64,000 bases of DNA from a phage. The position numbers and the translations under genes were made by a program. Shown here piece by piece: positions 63,773-64,000 of the stretch. The notes under the pieces are model-generated. The model had not been told where the DNA came from, ran no database searches, and was given only the letters and a program-made list of their open reading frames with translations. The stretch lies in sequence record NC_100372.1, one strand, 5' to 3'. Every line of letters begins with the position of its first letter. The stretch's first letter is position 1.

Positions 63773-64000
63773 TGAAAGTTAAAGTTTTAGATTCAAGCTT
63801 CTATATTGGTCAGGAGCCCTTAGTGGGGAAAGTGTTTACCGCTATCCCTAACGAAGATTATCCTGACCTTCTAAAAATAAAAGGTGCAGATCTTATTGCC
63901 GCTGGTGCATCCCAGGAATGCTTTGACAGTCAGTGGACCTACAACTTTGCCCTAGGAGAGGATGTGGAGATAGTGGAGGACGATCATGAAGGTTAAAATT
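63772..64000 (+). CDS. hypothetical protein (ORF ends 63996; reported coordinates overrun the TAA stop by 4 nt, which ends 4 nt short of the window end)
   Basis: 74-aa ORF (63772..63996) with its stop inside the window; the feature end was set at the window boundary, but only 4 nt lie beyond the stop. Confidence 0.3.

Noticed and set aside
1-64000. Prophage or lysogeny features (integrase, repressor, attachment site)
   Set aside because: No tyrosine/serine recombinase motifs or CI-like repressor recognised; content (own RNR, ThyX, tRNAs, ligases) fits a virulent phage.

Overview
Gene-dense segment of a virulent tailed dsDNA phage genome; no integrase or lysogeny genes are visible. Calls rest on motif recognition and gene order only, since no searches were run. 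(1) 1-28.5 kb, all minus strand: late/structural module read from high to low coordinate: spanins, large terminase, portal, head genes, a strongly terminated major-capsid candidate, sheath-like and tube-like tail proteins, tape measure, baseplate genes including a gp25/W-like protein, a short fibre/adaptor, an 865-aa enzymatic-looking spike, a 1269-aa fibre with a C-terminal intramolecular-chaperone domain, then an NlpC/P60 K-like gene and a partial tip gene running off the window. (2) 28.9-29.9 kb: minus-strand tRNA operon (Pro, Met, Thr, one atypical tRNA-like element, Ser, Tyr, Arg) with a consensus promoter and a terminator. (3) 29.9-33.7 kb: minus-strand small genes, two GC-rich ORF-free islands, an AT-rich repeat block, four phased palindromic sites, and a split polynucleotide kinase / metallophosphoesterase pair. 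(4) 33.8-64 kb, plus strand: early/metabolic genes (Rnl2-like RNA ligase, sirtuin, DNA ligase, lambda-R-like endolysin, FEN-like nuclease, two resolvase-like genes, DEDDy exonuclease, two amino-methyltransferases, dNMP kinase, ThyX, NrdA/NrdB/glutaredoxin, NrdD/NrdG, PhoH, ClpP-like protease) separated by TTGACA-N17-TATAAT-type promoters and hairpin terminators, ending in a run of small membrane and hypothetical genes. The most interesting candidate system is a phage RNA-repair cassette (kinase, phosphoesterase, RNA ligase) joined to a zinc-less sirtuin, next to the tRNA operon and a repeat-rich noncoding region.
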